The notes under the pieces are model-generated. The model saw only the letters and a program-made list of their open reading frames with translations. It was not told the DNA's origin and searched no databases. This document shows positions 50,990 through 53,595 of a DNA stretch of 53,595 bases, in pieces. The DNA lies in the NCBI GenBank assembly GCA_013265495.1, contig MU057783.1, forward strand, positions 1 through 53,595, in the 5' to 3' direction. Position 1 is the first letter of the stretch. Each line of letters starts with the position of its first letter. A program made the position numbers and the translations under genes. This DNA is from Vicugna vicugna. Its lineage: Eukaryota.

Positions 50990-52340
50990 ACATATGGATT
51001 TTTCATTCACAAAGTCTGCCATGCAATAAAGAATTTCTAGACATGCAACATGTCAAGACTATATGACGGACAATATGAGAATAAGAAACATTAGACAATG
51101 GATGCAAACCCCTAGGTGATGTAGGCATCAAAGTTAACAATAAAGACTATAAAACAATTACTTTTAATATATTCAAGAATATAAGGAAATGAAGGGAAAA
51201 TAGATAACAGGATAAAGACTTTCACCAGAGAAATATACTGGAAAGAATTTTTAAGAAAAATCAAACAGATAATCTAGAAGTGAATCTTTCAGTTCTGGAA
51301 ACAGGTGAACAGAGCTAATTTTGATCACTATTAAGTAAAACTTTTAGTAAGTTAGATAAAATACAACAACAAAAATAATACAGAGCTAACTATGGAAAGA
51401 GAAGTTCCCATGTGAAAATAAAAAGAGGACACTTAAAGCCAGAATGGTAATCTTGTGAGCTTATTCCTCTGTGCCCTGGAAGGAAGGTGTTTTTATCTGC
51501 ACATAAATAGACACAATGTCCATTTAGGAAAAAGGGTCCATACCAGATATAGAAAAATCTTCCTTTATAGAAACTCTGCATAAGACGTATTGGAAGACTT
51601 GCCTCTTCACTGAAAGGGAGACTCAAAATTCTCCACGTGTGCACACAGGAAAGGGGTGAAAGAACCGGTTCTCTAGGAAAAAACAAAGTCTCCCTTAAAA
51701 ATATCTAAGCTCCATGCCCCTGCTTCATATGAATGTGGAATCCAAACTTATACTCCACTTAAGATTCCAGAATTCCCAAACCAGAAAATATACTAATACA
51801 AGGTTGATTAAATCACCTGGAGCCTTAGGATAAGCAACACAAAATTGTCCTCTAGGGAAACTTTAAAAACCAGGATGTAAGGGACAATCATAGGAAAAAT
51901 ATTGTACTCACTGAAGAGAAGCTCCCACAACTCTACACACACAGAGACACACAATTAAAAAAAGAAGAAAATAAGTGCCACAGGGAAGAAAGAGCTAACC
52001 ATAAAACACAGGATGATTAATATTCCAGAGCCTAAAATTATGAAACAATCTAAGAGAGAGCATAAAATAAGTATGACTGAATCACTAAAAGATAAAATGA
52101 ATCATATATAACATAATGAACAATCAAGGACATCATGAAAAATAAAACAGATCAATTTTTTAAAGAACTAAACAGAACTTATGGAAACAAAATAAAGATA
52201 ACTTTTGGTATTATAAAATTCAATGTGTGGGTTAAATAAATTTTAACCTTCAATATCTAGGGTGTTCATTAAAATTCAAGAGTAATCTCTAAAACAATGG
52301 TTTAAAAAGAGAATAAAAATAAAGAAGTCAAAATGAAGCA
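50990..52340 (+). mobile_element. Highly degraded L1-like A-rich fragments
   Basis: Strong A skew and old-L1 ORF1/5' phrases (aattacttttaatatattcaag; aattcaatgtgtgggttaaata). Confidence 0.45.
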
Positions 52341-52369
52341 TGCAAAATAGGCCAGTCACTATTCTAAGT

Positions 52370-52545
52370 TCTTCATATATTTTATCACTTAATGCTCACA
52401 GACTTTGAGGTGGATAGTATCACTTTTTGTATATGAAGAAAGTGAGTCTCAAAGGGATTACATATCCTGGTTACATGATTAGTAAGGGAGGAAACCAAGC
52501 CCGGATAGGCTGTCTCTAGACACCATGCTCTTAACCATGACTGCA
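52370..52545 (-). mobile_element. MIR SINE
   Basis: tcacttaatgctcaca...tgaggtggatagtat...atgaagaaagtgagtctcaaaggg...ccatgctcttaacca. Confidence 0.75.
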
Positions 52546-53362
52546 AGGTCCCCAACATCTCCTATGGCCCCTGGGTCAACTGTGGTCCGGGCCACTCCAT
52601 GCACTCTCTCAGTATCTTTTCATTAAGTCCCTTTTCTGCTTTTATCAGCCAGAGGTGGCTTCTGTTGCTTGTTCAGTGAAACAGTGCATCAGGAAACCAG
52701 ACTATTTCTAAGATCAGTAAAATACCAACCTCGGTCAGCTCTCCGGGCAGACCGTGCAGCACAAATTCCCGCACAGGGCTGTGCAACCGGCTTACATGTA
52801 GGGTCCTCATCATCTGTCTTCAGAGATACAGAAGCTGGTGGTTCAGGTAAAACCTCAGGGAGGGATTGAGGAATCCACAGCTGGTTGGTTTCAAAGACTA
52901 ACCGGTCGAACCAGACCCCTGAGATGTGGTCAGAAGCCTGGCTCAATGTCACGCAGACTCAGCGCCCCAAGTGCCCGGTGGGGCCGGTGCTGTTCCCTTT
53001 GCAGGCTCTCGTTGGGGAGTCACTGTAGCCCCTTACACGCAGCAGGGAATCCAGCCCCCTTAGCCCCCACCCTGAGTGTTCCATGACACAAATCCCGGGA
53101 GTGTTTAATTTTCATCTTTGCTTAGGAGGATCAAGGTGGGGCAAGAGGAGACATAAATTTATACTGACTGACACAAGGTCACAGTCAGTACCTCCTCCAC
53201 GGAGAGCTATGTGCTCCCACAGTGGTGGATGGGGGGCTGGGCAGAGCCCCTCCGCTGGTCCCAGAGGGACTCGCTCCTCTGGCTGCAACTGATGGGTTGG
53301 ACAACCAATCCAGAGGGGACAGAGCATCTGTCCCGGGAATTTGGAACTGACACACAGCACAG

Positions 53363-53385
53363 NNNNNNNNNNNNNNNNNNNNNNN
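53363..53385. other. Assembly gap (23 N)
   Basis: Run of N. Confidence 0.99.
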
Positions 53386-53595
53386 GAATCAAATGAAACC
53401 AGAGCAGGAGAGAAAGTTAGTTACAAGTGAATGAGAGAGAGACAGAGAGACTGAGCTTGTGAAAGCAAATTGTGGGAAGGAAGGAAAACAATCAGGGGAC
53501 AGACGAATTCCAGCTCCTGACTCTCTAGTCTGTCCCAGCCCATCAACGAGCCTGCGTGATGGTTAACATCATTCCAGTTTTGCAGATTAGGAAAC

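Overview
Mammalian, repeat-rich genomic DNA, most likely camelid, judged from two tRNA-derived SINEs matching the Vic-1 type as I recall it. No protein-coding gene is recognisable by name. (1) The left third is a large inverted segmental duplication: arm A 1-~7037 and arm B ~10771-17707, probably continuing beyond the window start. The ~3.7 kb spacer is almost entirely a truncated ERV1-class provirus plus a second LTR. Arm identity is patchy: roughly 90% by eye, with near-perfect tracts. Each arm carries a splice-site-bounded 39-codon ATG-initiated frame that has diverged faster than its flanks with no indels or stops. (2) A CpG island at ~42.1-42.9 kb is followed on the minus strand by a series of candidate exons running toward the inverted repeat (lncRNA or unrecognised gene; one splice path gives a 128-aa ORF). 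(3) The rest is L1, L2, MIR, MLT1/MaLR and ERV1 LTR fragments, microsatellites and two assembly gaps. Gene models are inferred from splice motifs only. Old-repeat boundaries are approximate.
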